Source of the DNA: an uncultured Chitinophagales bacterium
GTDB lineage: Bacteria > Bacteroidota > Bacteroidia > Chitinophagales > JADIYW01
DNA length: 64,000 bases
Assembly: GCA_964653095.1 (NCBI GenBank)
Contig: CAZZEH010000007.1
Location: forward strand, 27,884-91,883
Direction of reading: 5' to 3'
This document shows, piece by piece, positions 10,285-20,094 of the stretch (position 1 is the stretch's first letter; every line of letters starts with the position of its first letter). The notes below the pieces were generated by a model. That model did no database searches. It saw only the letters and a list, made by a program, of their open reading frames with translations, and had not been told where the DNA came from. The position numbers were made by a program, and so were the translations under genes.

Positions 10285-10977
10285 CTATGACCTCATTGCT
10301 GAGAGCATATTTCCATATACTTTACTCAAATTATCTAAATTAGAAGTAAGAGCACTCATTGCATCTGTCGTGGCTTTTGTTTGGCTTGCCAAAACTTCAG
10401 TTGTTTGTTTTGCCTGTTCAGCAAGTATCTCAGTAGTATGCTTAGTTTGAAGGGCCAGCGCCTCTACCGTCTGTTGAGCCTGATTTGAAATCGCTTCTGC
10501 TGCCTTTTTAGTTTTTACTGTAAATTCTTCTGTTGCAACCTGAGCGTTTGCCACATTAGCAAGTGAATTTACATTATCACTAAGCCTATTTAAATTATCA
10601 CCTAATCTATCTATAATTGACTGGTCAATTTTAGCTTCATCCAACATTTTATCTAAAGCTGCTGTAGAACCAGTTCCTCCTGCACCCGCACCTGATGAAC
10701 CCACTCCTGACATGTTCACAAACTCACCACCGGCTTGATCCAATCCCGGGTACAGCTTCTCCCAATAGTAATCTTTCACTGGTGGAACTACACCGGACAA
10801 TGCAAAAATAAATGCCTCCGTCATAAGTCCTACGGTCAACGCCATATTCGCCCACGGTTGATGTGTCAGCTTAGCCCATGCTCCAACAATTACCACAGCG
10901 GCACCCACGCCGAAAAGAAAGTTTTTGAATGTCTTAAAACCATTGGATTCTAAGAAAGGTGTTTTTTTATAAGTCAT
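10285..10977 (-). CDS. gldL: gliding motility / T9SS motor protein GldL (PorL)
   Basis: 230 aa. Two N-terminal TM helices 'FGVGAAVVIVGAWAKLTH' and 'GLMTEAFIFALSG', as in GldL. Gly/Ser linker and a helical C-terminus. Confidence 0.92.
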   Translation of the reverse strand: MTYKKTPFLESNGFKTFKNFLFGVGAAVVIVGAWAKLTHQPWANMALTVGLMTEAFIFALSGVVPPVKDYYWEKLYPGLDQAGGEFVNMSGVGSSGAGAGGTGSTAALDKMLDEAKIDQSIIDRLGDNLNRLSDNVNSLANVANAQVATEEFTVKTKKAAEAISNQAQQTVEALALQTKHTTEILAEQAKQTTEVLASQTKATTDAMSALTSNLDNLSKVYGNMLSAMRS

Positions 10978-11022
10978 AATTCAAGTGTTTTTAGTTATTG
11001 ATTTTATTTTTGGTTTAAAATT

Positions 11023-12300
11023 TTATCTAAAGTCATTAATAGACCTGCCCATATATGGTAGTACATTTCTAAATCCTATATATGATTTGGCAGTATCCTG
11101 ATACTCCCAACTTCTCGTACTTGTCTGCAAAAAGTACGCTATATCTTTCCATGAGCCGCCACGAACTACCTTACGTTTTAAAATTGTAGGATCGTCAGGC
11201 TTAGCATCATAACGTATATCCGGGTTCATGTCGTGCATGAAAGCGTATGAGTTCTCAGAAAAAGCTGATAATGTCCATTCGGAAACGTTACCCGCCATGT
11301 TATATAACCCGTAATCATTTGGCCAATATGATTTTGCAGGTACCGTATAAAAACCACCGTCTTCCTGATAATTCCCACGACCCGGTTTAAAGTTTGCCAA
11401 AAGGCATCCCTTAGTATTTCTAATATAAGGACCTCCCCACGGATATGGTGATAATTGCCTTCCACCCCTTGCTGCATATTCCCATTCGTGTTCAAACGGC
11501 AATCTGAATTCTTCCGGGAATGCTTCTCCTTTCTTTTGCTTATACGAAGTCCAAAGGGAAGTTCTCCAATAACCAAAAGCATTTGCCTGATTCCAGTTTA
11601 CTCCCACAACAGGATATTCGTCATACGCCGGGTGTGAAAAATAAGACCTGGTCATCGGTTCATTATAAGAATAGGTGAAATCTCTTATCCAAACACTTTC
11701 GTCCGGCCATACATACACATTATTTTTATCAATAAAAGCCGATCTCGGCTTGCTTCTATCGGTATTTAAGGCCATATCTTTCCATCTAATCCATTTGTAT
11801 TCATACTGAAGCTTTGAAGGATCCAATTCCATTCTTCCGTGAACCTGATCTTCTTCCGAATAAAACATCTCTCTTAAATATCCCATATCCTCACCATCCA
11901 TAGACCAGTCTATCGGATAATCCCAGTTAATATATTCCTGACCATCCTCTGATTCTATAAGATGATTCTCACCCAATATTTTATGAGCTATAGAATCTCT
12001 TACCCATTCTACAAACTGACGATATTCATTATTAGTAATTTCTGTCTCATCCATAAAAAAGCCGACAATGGATATTTGCTTGTTTTTAGCCTGCATGGAA
12101 TATACGATATCCTGATCGGAAGGGCCTGTATGAAAAGTGCCTGAAGGAACATAAACCATTCCATACGGCATCATTTTGCCGTCCCATTTTGGTCTGTCCT
12201 GAGCACCGACCAGTTGTCCTTCAAGACCACTTTTCTTATTACAACCAGTCCAAACCAGTGTCAAAAGAATGCCGATTATTATAAATCCTGATTTATTCAT
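11023..12300 (-). CDS. gldK: gliding motility / T9SS lipoprotein GldK (PorK), FGE-sulfatase fold
   Basis: 425 aa. Lipobox 'WTGC', then 'GMVYVPSGTFHTG' and 'RGGSW' blocks of the formylglycine-generating-enzyme-like domain. It is the first gene of gldKLMN. Confidence 0.92.
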   Translation of the reverse strand: MNKSGFIIIGILLTLVWTGCNKKSGLEGQLVGAQDRPKWDGKMMPYGMVYVPSGTFHTGPSDQDIVYSMQAKNKQISIVGFFMDETEITNNEYRQFVEWVRDSIAHKILGENHLIESEDGQEYINWDYPIDWSMDGEDMGYLREMFYSEEDQVHGRMELDPSKLQYEYKWIRWKDMALNTDRSKPRSAFIDKNNVYVWPDESVWIRDFTYSYNEPMTRSYFSHPAYDEYPVVGVNWNQANAFGYWRTSLWTSYKQKKGEAFPEEFRLPFEHEWEYAARGGRQLSPYPWGGPYIRNTKGCLLANFKPGRGNYQEDGGFYTVPAKSYWPNDYGLYNMAGNVSEWTLSAFSENSYAFMHDMNPDIRYDAKPDDPTILKRKVVRGGSWKDIAYFLQTSTRSWEYQDTAKSYIGFRNVLPYMGRSINDFR

Positions 12301-12421
12301 TAATTTTTTTTTAAACTTTTACGCAGCTGTTATGTTAAAATTTCACTTGATGATATAGACGACGAAGTTATAGAAATTTTTAATTCATTAAAGCTGGGCT
12401 ATAAAATCTTTAACATTTTTT

Positions 12422-13435
12422 TTAGAGATATCTTGGATGATTAAGCACTTTGACTCTTTTCCCGCCTGTTTTAGAAGGGATGAGATAGTATAAAGAAGCT
12501 TCATGCGATCCTTTATTTACTAATCTGATTGTACTCATCATTATATCATAACTGTACATAAGCATTAATTTTTCAAAAACCCTAACTTTTGCCCTCATAA
12601 TCAACGACTCAAAACTGTTATTATTATAACCTCTGGCTCCTATTCCAAAAGTATATCTTTCCAAAACAGTCGTGCTTAGTGAGTAGTCTATCTGGTAATT
12701 ATAACTATTTATTCTAAGAAAAACAGAAGGTTCAATGTTAACATTTTCATTTAACGGAATATTAGCAGCAATATGGACTCCGTAATACCTCCCGAAGTCA
12801 GTTTTAAAGTCAGAATGAACCCCGCTTAATTTTGTTTTAAAATCAGCTATATTATCCACAAAAGCACCTACTTGCAATATATCATGAATATAGGAAATTC
12901 CGAAGTTCAAATTGGGTCTGAGTGAGGTTTGTTTCAATGTGCTGATTAAAAAATCTTCACCTGCAGTTGGAGCTTTCAGCTTTCCGCCATTTAATGACAT
13001 ACTTTTAATTCCTGTTTTAGCCCCTATATTGACCTGACCTTTCTTTAAAGGTACTGAATATGCTATGGATATTTCCCCGCTAGTGAGATTTATTGCTCCC
13101 GCCCGGTCATGAGCTAAAAAGACACCTCCGCTTAAGTTTTTTATCGGCAGCTTCATATCCGCACCAGTATAAATTGTCATAGGTGCGCCTTCGAGTCCTG
13201 TCCATTGATAACGATATGACAGAAATGTACGTATCCCATCATCTGTCCCTGCGAGAGCCGGTTGTTCAAACTGAGTGTGCCATACCGGTATATGAGTGCT
13301 GTTAAAAAACACCTGTGCCATACCTCCATGAAAACTAAGGAGCAATAGCAGTGTCCCTGCTAATTGCTTTAGCAATCCATACTTTTTACCAATAGATTTT
13401 ACAACCATATCATGCAGGTCAGTTGTTTGATCCAA
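12422..13435 (-). CDS. PorP/SprF-family T9SS outer-membrane protein
   Basis: 337 aa beta-barrel-like protein with 'YRYQWTGLEGAPMT', characteristic of PorP/SprF. It lies directly upstream of gldK, as in the P. gingivalis porP-porKLMN cluster. Confidence 0.75.
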   Translation of the reverse strand: MDQTTDLHDMVVKSIGKKYGLLKQLAGTLLLLLSFHGGMAQVFFNSTHIPVWHTQFEQPALAGTDDGIRTFLSYRYQWTGLEGAPMTIYTGADMKLPIKNLSGGVFLAHDRAGAINLTSGEISIAYSVPLKKGQVNIGAKTGIKSMSLNGGKLKAPTAGEDFLISTLKQTSLRPNLNFGISYIHDILQVGAFVDNIADFKTKLSGVHSDFKTDFGRYYGVHIAANIPLNENVNIEPSVFLRINSYNYQIDYSLSTTVLERYTFGIGARGYNNNSFESLIMRAKVRVFEKLMLMYSYDIMMSTIRLVNKGSHEASLYYLIPSKTGGKRVKVLNHPRYL

Positions 13436-13455
13436 TATAAAAGTAAGGTAAAAAA

Positions 13456-14244
13456 TTATTTTATCTTATTCGCCTGAATGATATAAGATTTGATTGCACT
13501 AACCATAGACGGATGTTCAGGTGTGGGTGCCATTATATCAATTCTGAGATTTCTTTCCCTGACTGCCTCGGCAGTTTTATTGCCAAATACGGCTATACGA
13601 GTTTCTCCCTGCTCAAAGTCAGGAAAATTTTGAAATAAAGATGCTATCCCGGATGGGCTGAAAAATACCAATATGTCATATTTTATATCTCTCAAATCAG
13701 AAAGGTCACTTATTACAGTTTTAAACATTATTGCTTCTGTAAAATCTATGCCTGCTTCAGTAAGCAAATCTATTGTTCCCTGATCTCTTACATCTGAGCA
13801 GGGCAACAGATAGGCTCCTTCTGATTTCTCCTGTTGTTTATTAATAATTTCAATCATTTTTGACATACTGCCATTGCCAAAAAAGACTTTCCTTTTCCTG
13901 TACTGTGTGTATTTTTGCAGGTATAACGCTATGGCTTCATTCCGGCATATATATTTAGTCTTTTCAGATATTTTCAGACGCAGCTCTTCCAATAATCTAA
14001 AATAGTGTTCTATAGCATTTCGACTGGTGAAAATCACAGACGAATACTGATCAATATACACTCTGAATTTCCTAAATTCTTTGACTTCGACCCCATCTAC
14101 ATATATAAATGGTCTGAAATCCACTTTTAGATTGTAATCTTTTCCCAAGTCTATAAAAGGAGACCTGCCATTTTCAGGCTCAGGCTGAGAAATCAAAATT
14201 GACTTTACTTCTTTCTGAAAAGAGGCGTGGCTCATTACTGTCAT
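13456..14244 (-). CDS. hemD: uroporphyrinogen-III synthase
   Basis: 262 aa. 'ILISQPEPENGRSPFIDLGKDYNLKVDFRPFIYVDGV' and 'VIFTSRNAIEHYF' match the Bacteroidota HemD pattern as I recall it. Confidence 0.8.
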   Translation of the reverse strand: MTVMSHASFQKEVKSILISQPEPENGRSPFIDLGKDYNLKVDFRPFIYVDGVEVKEFRKFRVYIDQYSSVIFTSRNAIEHYFRLLEELRLKISEKTKYICRNEAIALYLQKYTQYRKRKVFFGNGSMSKMIEIINKQQEKSEGAYLLPCSDVRDQGTIDLLTEAGIDFTEAIMFKTVISDLSDLRDIKYDILVFFSPSGIASLFQNFPDFEQGETRIAVFGNKTAEAVRERNLRIDIMAPTPEHPSMVSAIKSYIIQANKIK

Positions 14245-14259
14245 ATTTTCTCTTCTTTT

Positions 14260-15129
14260 TTATCCCCATAAATTAAAAACCAATTTGAGGATAAGTAAAT
14301 ATGGAATGATTTTGAAAGTGCAAAGATACATAAAAAAATAAAACAGATTATTATTCAATGATTTGTTCAATAAAATTAAAGAGCGTATTAATCCTATTAA
14401 TGAAAACAAAAGCAATGGAACTGTAACAATTGCGGTCAAAATGCTGAAACTTAAATATATTTGATTGAGATACAACACAAATACGGTCAAGACTATCGGA
14501 AGACAACTCCAGGTAGTTATCAGGTTGTACTGCAAAAAATACACTTTAAAAAAGTCTCCTAAACCAATTGTTTTTTGTACAATATATTCGCCCGCATAAA
14601 CTGCCGTCAGCAATGCCAGAATAAACACTGACATCCATAAAAAATATTTCAAATCCAGATATCCTGCGCTTTTTGTATATACCGAAATCAAATACAGACT
14701 GACAAAAGCAAGAAACAGACTTTTTAAAAAAAATTGAATGAGTAAGGAAATAAAAGACCTGTATTTCTTGTTTTTGTAATTCAGCTGAAAGAACCTCACA
14801 TTGAGCATTCCGGCCAAAATACTGCTGTAAAAGTCTTTAGAGAACAACTTGATTAACAGAATCATTAAAATCACAAGCGGCAACACCACATACAGTGAGT
14901 TGGCAGTATTCTTCTCTTTTACGGACTGAATATCCCAATATGGCTCTTTAGAAATGCCTGTAGCCGAAATTTGCTCTATTGACTCAGATAAAAATGTATT
15001 TGTAACTGTTGTTTCGAGAACAGAATCAATATAAGCAGGGTTATATTCTTTTTCTGACGCATTGACATGAATCAATATAGACATAAAGCAACACAGTAGA
15101 AAGAAGTCCTTTTTAAAAAATATTGACAT
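14260..15129 (-). CDS. polytopic membrane protein (DUF4271-like)
   Basis: Multiple TM helices. Adjacency to hemD fits the DUF4271 family as I recall it. Start moved to M22 (signal-like 'MSIFFKKDFFLLCCFMSILIHVNA'). Confidence 0.55.
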   Translation of the reverse strand: MSIFFKKDFFLLCCFMSILIHVNASEKEYNPAYIDSVLETTVTNTFLSESIEQISATGISKEPYWDIQSVKEKNTANSLYVVLPLVILMILLIKLFSKDFYSSILAGMLNVRFFQLNYKNKKYRSFISLLIQFFLKSLFLAFVSLYLISVYTKSAGYLDLKYFLWMSVFILALLTAVYAGEYIVQKTIGLGDFFKVYFLQYNLITTWSCLPIVLTVFVLYLNQIYLSFSILTAIVTVPLLLFSLIGLIRSLILLNKSLNNNLFYFFMYLCTFKIIPYLLILKLVFNLWG

Positions 15130-16876
15130 ACCCAAAATGCAACTTCGACGTTCTGAAATCAACAGGATTTTTTTGCTCCCTTCCCACTGCATAACTCACT
15201 CCGAAAATACCGGCTTTAGTCTCAAACGCCAATCCTGCTCCAAAACCGAACGGAAAATCTTTATATGCTCTACCATCTATTTTTTTACTGATAAATCCTG
15301 CGTCCACAAAAGTGTAAAAATAAGAGTTTTGCTCTAAAATAAATCTATATTCTGCCGTAGCTACAATATAATGTTGTGCGTTCAGAACTTCCTCATCAAA
15401 TCCTCTGAGAAGATTGGCTCCCCCAATTCTGTAAAGTTCATTCTCGGCAATACTTGCATTCAGTTTTGAAGCACCTGTAAAAGCAAGCTTAGCCACTTGT
15501 CTTTCAGTCAATCGTATATACGCCTGAAACTGAACTCTAAATTGTGCCTGAAGGGATTTTAATTTAATCGTATCATACAGCTGTCTGTATTCTTCACCCA
15601 TTTTTATAATAGAATAATTGGGCTTTATCTTCTTGGTTCCAATCAGCACATTGGCACTGACATCAATACCTCTTCGTGGATTAAACAGATAATCCAAGTT
15701 TTCATAATATCCTTCAAAACCATACAGCAATGAACTCAAGTCCTGTATCGCCGGCAGCTGCTTGCGATTTTTCACTCTTAAAGTGTCTGTGTACAGCACT
15801 ATCGACTGGGTATTTTCAAAATAGGCTTTAATGTAATTATTTGCTTTTGTTCTGAACGGTACTCCGAGCGTCCAATTGAGGTCCATAAATGTAGAATCTC
15901 TTTTATCCAGACTGAACGTACCCGAAGCGCCTATCGGTGAGCTTAAAATATAAGGATAATTAAACTTGAGTTTCAATTGTTGAGAGTTGGCCTTTACTCT
16001 TTTCCATTCCAGAAAAAACTCTTCTCCTCTTTTAAATGCATTTTGAAGCTGAAGTCTTGCTTCTCCGGTAATCAGTATTTTGCCCGATTCTTTGTTGTTG
16101 GGTAAAAAGCCTACGAGAAAATCAAATTTACTGACTTTTCTGTTTGCCAAAAATACATTCATAGTCGCTTTGTCACCATAAAAACTCACATTTGAATTTC
16201 TGACGAATTTTACGAAAGGCAATTTTCTTAGTAACTGATCTGACTCCTGTATGAGTGACTCTCTGTACGGCATCTCTTTTTTTATACCCAAATAGCTTTT
16301 TAGAAACGCTTCTGACACTTTTCCCGCCTCGCGATTTTTCAAACTATCAAGAATCACAAACGGGCCTTTATCAATTCTGGCGGTCATTTGAACCTGATCA
16401 CTGCTGTCAATACTCAAAGTATCCCAAAAAATCTGTGCAAACGGATACCCGTTTTCTTCCCAATATTCCAAATGGCTGTCCACAGATCGCAGCGTATTGG
16501 AAATATTTTTTACCCTCAGGTATCCTAATGACTTTTTATTCCCGGACTGTAAAGCCGGCAACTCTGAATGAATAGAATATTGGTGCCCGATATGAAGAAA
16601 TACTGTTAAAGTATCTGCTCCATCTTCCCGAATAGAATCTACAGAAACTTCCAGATACATCTCATTTCTCAATCCGTCAATCAGGCTGTTTAGATACTCC
16701 GCTCTCTTTTGAACTGAAGAGAATTTTTGACTCTTTTCAATTTTAAAAAACTTTAGGTTGTCTGTACTTTCAACTAACAGCCAATATGAATTGTTTTCAG
16801 CCTGCACAAATGGACACCCCAAAAACAAAAAAATCATAAACCACATACCTGAGGCCGACAGTCTCATCAAAATCAT
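15113..16876 (-). CDS. BamA/ShlB-type outer-membrane protein (bacterial surface antigen/D15 barrel)
   Basis: C-terminal barrel ending '...LHFGYVNIF' with 'GGANLLRGFDE'. Start re-set to the MILMRLSASGMWFMIFLFLGCPFVQA signal peptide, because the longer ORF (to 17062) would run through the divergent hemW promoter and start. Confidence 0.7.
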   Translation of the reverse strand: MILMRLSASGMWFMIFLFLGCPFVQAENNSYWLLVESTDNLKFFKIEKSQKFSSVQKRAEYLNSLIDGLRNEMYLEVSVDSIREDGADTLTVFLHIGHQYSIHSELPALQSGNKKSLGYLRVKNISNTLRSVDSHLEYWEENGYPFAQIFWDTLSIDSSDQVQMTARIDKGPFVILDSLKNREAGKVSEAFLKSYLGIKKEMPYRESLIQESDQLLRKLPFVKFVRNSNVSFYGDKATMNVFLANRKVSKFDFLVGFLPNNKESGKILITGEARLQLQNAFKRGEEFFLEWKRVKANSQQLKLKFNYPYILSSPIGASGTFSLDKRDSTFMDLNWTLGVPFRTKANNYIKAYFENTQSIVLYTDTLRVKNRKQLPAIQDLSSLLYGFEGYYENLDYLFNPRRGIDVSANVLIGTKKIKPNYSIIKMGEEYRQLYDTIKLKSLQAQFRVQFQAYIRLTERQVAKLAFTGASKLNASIAENELYRIGGANLLRGFDEEVLNAQHYIVATAEYRFILEQNSYFYTFVDAGFISKKIDGRAYKDFPFGFGAGLAFETKAGIFGVSYAVGREQKNPVDFRTSKLHFGYVNIF

Positions 16877-16886
16877 CCTTATTCCG

Positions 16887-16894
16887 TAAATTTG
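16887..16894 (+). promoter_or_regulatory. putative Bacteroidota -7 promoter box (TAAATTTG) for hemW
   Basis: Exact match to TAnnTTTG, 16 nt upstream of the ATG at 16910. The ORF-track TTG start at 16892 lies inside this box. Confidence 0.45.
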
Positions 16895-16909
16895 ACATAT
16901 TTTCTGCAA

Positions 16910-18040
16910 ATGGCCGGTATTTATATCCATATTCCTTTTTGTAAGCAGGCATGTCATTACTGTAACTTTCATTTTTCTACCACTTTCGAGTCGTATAGGT
17001 CTCAAATGGTTGATGCCATTTGTCAGGAAATTATTCTTCGAAAAAACTTTTTTGGTACTCAAAAAACGAATATTCAGACCATATATTTTGGTGGCGGTAC
17101 TCCATCTATTCTGACCGAGCAGGAATTTTATCAGATATGGGAGACTTTGGAGAGCTGCTTTAATCTGGAATATCTGAAAGAGGTTACATTAGAAGCTAAC
17201 CCGGATGACATGGACGATACTTTCTTTCGTTTTATTCAATCTTCCCGTATTGACAGGCTTAGTATCGGAGTGCAGTCTTTAGACAATCTTGACCTTGCCT
17301 ACCTCCACAGAGTACATGACAGTAAAAAAGCAATACAAAGTATAGAGACCGCACTAAAGCGCGGAATAAGAGAGATAACGACCGATTTAATTTTTGGGAT
17401 TCCCACTTCAGGAATAAGCCGTTTGGAAAAAGACATAAGAACTTTAAGTACGCTTGGGGTAAATCATATTTCTGTATATGGTCTTACTGTAGAGTCCAGA
17501 ACTCCTCTGGCTCATCTTATAGCAAAAAAGAAAGCCCTTCCGGTAGATGAGGAAAAATCGATTGAAGAAATGCTCTGGCTTATGGATTTCATGCCGGGTC
17601 TTGGTTATGAGCAATACGAAATTTCAAATTTTGCGGTGCCTGGTTTTGAAGCAGTTCACAACAGCAGTTATTGGAATGATATGCCTTATTTGGGAATTGG
17701 ACCTTCTGCCCACAGTTATATGAAGCCTGTCAGGAGCTGGAACGTAGCCAACAATATGACTTATATTCGTTCTGTTCAAAAAGACATCTTGCCCTCAGAA
17801 TCTGAAGTTTTAGATACCGAAACATTGTTTAATGAATGGGTAATGACTCACCTGAGACTGCGGGAGGGTATTTCTGTCTCTAAGCTAAAGCAACAGTATG
17901 GTATTTTTCTACAAGCTTTTAAATCTAACATACAGCCATTTGTTGCTGCCAAAGATGTGCTATTTGAAAACGGGAGATATGTGCTGACAAAAAAAGGAAA
18001 GCTAATCACGGATTATATTACTTCTGAACTATTCGTGTAG
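16910..18040 (+). CDS. hemW: radical SAM heme chaperone HemW (coproporphyrinogen III oxidase-like)
   Basis: Starts 'MAGIYIHIPFCKQACHYCNF' (CxxxCxxC radical SAM cluster motif). Length and HemN_C-like tail fit. Confidence 0.88.
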   Translation: MAGIYIHIPFCKQACHYCNFHFSTTFESYRSQMVDAICQEIILRKNFFGTQKTNIQTIYFGGGTPSILTEQEFYQIWETLESCFNLEYLKEVTLEANPDDMDDTFFRFIQSSRIDRLSIGVQSLDNLDLAYLHRVHDSKKAIQSIETALKRGIREITTDLIFGIPTSGISRLEKDIRTLSTLGVNHISVYGLTVESRTPLAHLIAKKKALPVDEEKSIEEMLWLMDFMPGLGYEQYEISNFAVPGFEAVHNSSYWNDMPYLGIGPSAHSYMKPVRSWNVANNMTYIRSVQKDILPSESEVLDTETLFNEWVMTHLRLREGISVSKLKQQYGIFLQAFKSNIQPFVAAKDVLFENGRYVLTKKGKLITDYITSELFV

Positions 18041-18075
18041 GTGAATTATCCAAATTAAAGAATGAGTAATATCCT

Positions 18076-18083
18076 TACTTTTG
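18076..18083 (+). promoter_or_regulatory. putative -7 promoter box (TACTTTTG)
   Basis: Matches TAnnTTTG, 17 nt upstream of the ATG at 18100. Confidence 0.4.
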
Positions 18084-18099
18084 TTAATTTCATGACCAC

Positions 18100-19602
18100 A
18101 TGAGCCTTTTTAAGAAACTCGCTTCTGATACTGCCGTTTACGGCGTGAGCAGTATTTTGGCAAGATTCATTAATTACATCTTCTCTTTTATTATTGTAAA
18201 AGCCATCTCTACGGCAGAGTACGGTGATTTTACAAAGTTTTATGCTTATGCGGGCTTCATTATGGTTGTACTGACTCACGGGATGGAAACGGCATATTTC
18301 AGATTTAAAAGTAAAGGAGGCGATAATCCAAAAGCTTTTGCAACCGGCTTCACTTCAATGGCGGTATTGGCCGGCTTGTTTGTCGTACTCTGCTATATTT
18401 TTGTTGAACCTATTGCGTTATACACGCGAGTAGCGGATAATCCGGAGTTTGTACTGCTTTTTGCCTGGATTATGGCATTTGACACACTATGTGCAATACC
18501 TTTTGCAAGTCTCAGAGCCAATAATAAGGCTGTTAAATTTGCAACTGTCCGCATCATCAATATTTCTATTTACATTTTTTTCATGATGCTGTTTTTATTT
18601 TGGCTGCCTAAAATATACACCTCCTCACTAAGCCAAAATGCGCTTTGGACTAATTATTATAATCCCGCAAACGGAGTTGCCTATGTGTTTCTTGCCAATC
18701 TGATTGCCAGCGCAGCCACCTTGTTATTGTTATCCAAGGAAGTGACCGAGGTAAAATTTGGGTTTGACTCCAAGCTTTACAAAAAAATGCTGCCTTATGC
18801 ACTCCCAATTACTTTAGTGGGATTTGCCGGTATGATAAATGAAATGCTCAGCCGGGTCATGATGGAATACTTGCTGCCTTATGATGCCCTGACTAATAAA
18901 GAGATATTAGGTGTCTTTGGTTTTAATTACAAGTTTGCCATGCTGATTACTTTGTTTTTGCAGGCATACCGTTACGCCGCCGAACCTTTTTTCTTTGCCA
19001 AGGCCGAAAGCGAATTTGCCAAACAAATATATGCCCGCAGCATGCATTATTTCATTATTGCAAGTTGTTTCTTATTCTTAGCTGTTATGTTTTCCGTGCC
19101 ATTCCTGGAACATATCTTAGTCAATTTTGACATTAAATATGCAGAATATTTCGAGGGGCAAAATGTGATTCCAATTCTCCTTGCGGCAAACATTCTTTTA
19201 GGTGTCTATTTCAACCTGTCCACCTGGTACAAAGTCACGGATAAAACTCACATTGGAGCTGCCATTTCTATTTTTGGCGCTATTATGACCTTTATTTTCA
19301 ACTGGACATTAATACCATTATGGGGATATACCGGTGCGGCTCTGGCCACTCTGTTTTGCTATCTCACTATGGTATTGGCAGGATATATTGCGGAGCGGAA
19401 ATTTTATTCGATACCGTATGACCTCAAAACTGTAATTTTTTACCCGATTTTGGCACTTGTTTTATGGCAGTTATTTGTTTTTTCCAAAACCCAGCTTTCG
19501 CATATTGGAACTGTTTCAGTATTATCAGGAGTATTATTATCTATTTATCTTGCAGTTACATATATTCGTGAACGTAAAATTTCAAACTTAAAAATTGAAT
19601 AG
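18100..19602 (+). CDS. MOP-superfamily oligosaccharide/polysaccharide flippase (Wzx-like)
   Basis: 500 aa with about 12-14 predicted TM helices and the composition typical of polysaccharide biosynthesis flippases. Confidence 0.8.
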   Translation: MSLFKKLASDTAVYGVSSILARFINYIFSFIIVKAISTAEYGDFTKFYAYAGFIMVVLTHGMETAYFRFKSKGGDNPKAFATGFTSMAVLAGLFVVLCYIFVEPIALYTRVADNPEFVLLFAWIMAFDTLCAIPFASLRANNKAVKFATVRIINISIYIFFMMLFLFWLPKIYTSSLSQNALWTNYYNPANGVAYVFLANLIASAATLLLLSKEVTEVKFGFDSKLYKKMLPYALPITLVGFAGMINEMLSRVMMEYLLPYDALTNKEILGVFGFNYKFAMLITLFLQAYRYAAEPFFFAKAESEFAKQIYARSMHYFIIASCFLFLAVMFSVPFLEHILVNFDIKYAEYFEGQNVIPILLAANILLGVYFNLSTWYKVTDKTHIGAAISIFGAIMTFIFNWTLIPLWGYTGAALATLFCYLTMVLAGYIAERKFYSIPYDLKTVIFYPILALVLWQLFVFSKTQLSHIGTVSVLSGVLLSIYLAVTYIRERKISNLKIE

Positions 19603-19605
19603 AAT

Positions 19606-20049
19606 ATGTCTGTTGTACATATAAAAATTGTAAATGATTCAAATAATCCACTTCCACAATATGAAACTGACGGTTCGGCAGGCATGGATTTAAGAGCCGC
19701 ACTCAATGAGCCTGCGTTTATCAAACCTCTGCAGAGGATATTAATTCCAACCGGTCTTTTCATAGAACTTCCTATGGGTTACGAAGCACAAATTCGTCCC
19801 CGCAGCGGATTAGCCTTTAAAAAGGGGCTTACAGTTCTTAATTCCCCGGGAACAATTGACTCCGACTACAGGGGTGAAATCAAAATAATTTTAGTCAATC
19901 TTTCCAACGAGACCGTAGTTATCAATACTGGTGACAGAATCGCTCAAATGGTGATTGCCAAACATGAAAAAGCAGAATTTACCGAAGTCTTTGAACTCTC
20001 CGATACAAAACGCGGAGAAGGTGGATTTGGTCATACCGGCACGAAATAA
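19606..20049 (+). CDS. dut: dUTP diphosphatase
   Basis: 147 aa. Motifs 'RSGLAFK', '[11 protein letters not shown]' and the C-terminal '[10 protein letters not shown]'. Confidence 0.95.
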   Translation: MSVVHIKIVNDSNNPLPQYETDGSAGMDLRAALNEPAFIKPLQRILIPTGLFIELPMGYEAQIRPRSGLAFKKGLTVLNSPGTIDSDYRGEIKIILVNLSNETVVINTGDRIAQMVIAKHEKAEFTEVFELSDTKRGEGGFGHTGTK

Positions 20050-20050
20050 T

Positions 20051-20058
20051 TACATTTG
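20051..20058 (+). promoter_or_regulatory. putative -7 promoter box (TACATTTG)
   Basis: Matches TAnnTTTG immediately after the dut stop, 37 nt upstream of the ATG at 20095. Confidence 0.4.
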
Positions 20059-20094
20059 CCTTTTTCTAAACCTAATGAACTTTAAATTTTCTAA

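Noticed and set aside
11226-11582. A 118-aa same-strand, alternate-frame ORF inside gldK.
   Set aside because: It is fully embedded in the strongly recognisable gldK frame and has no motifs.
16877-17062. N-terminal extension of the BamA-like ORF (track model 15113-17062).
   Set aside because: The extension overlaps the divergent hemW start and promoter and precedes a good signal peptide that begins at the ATG at 16876.
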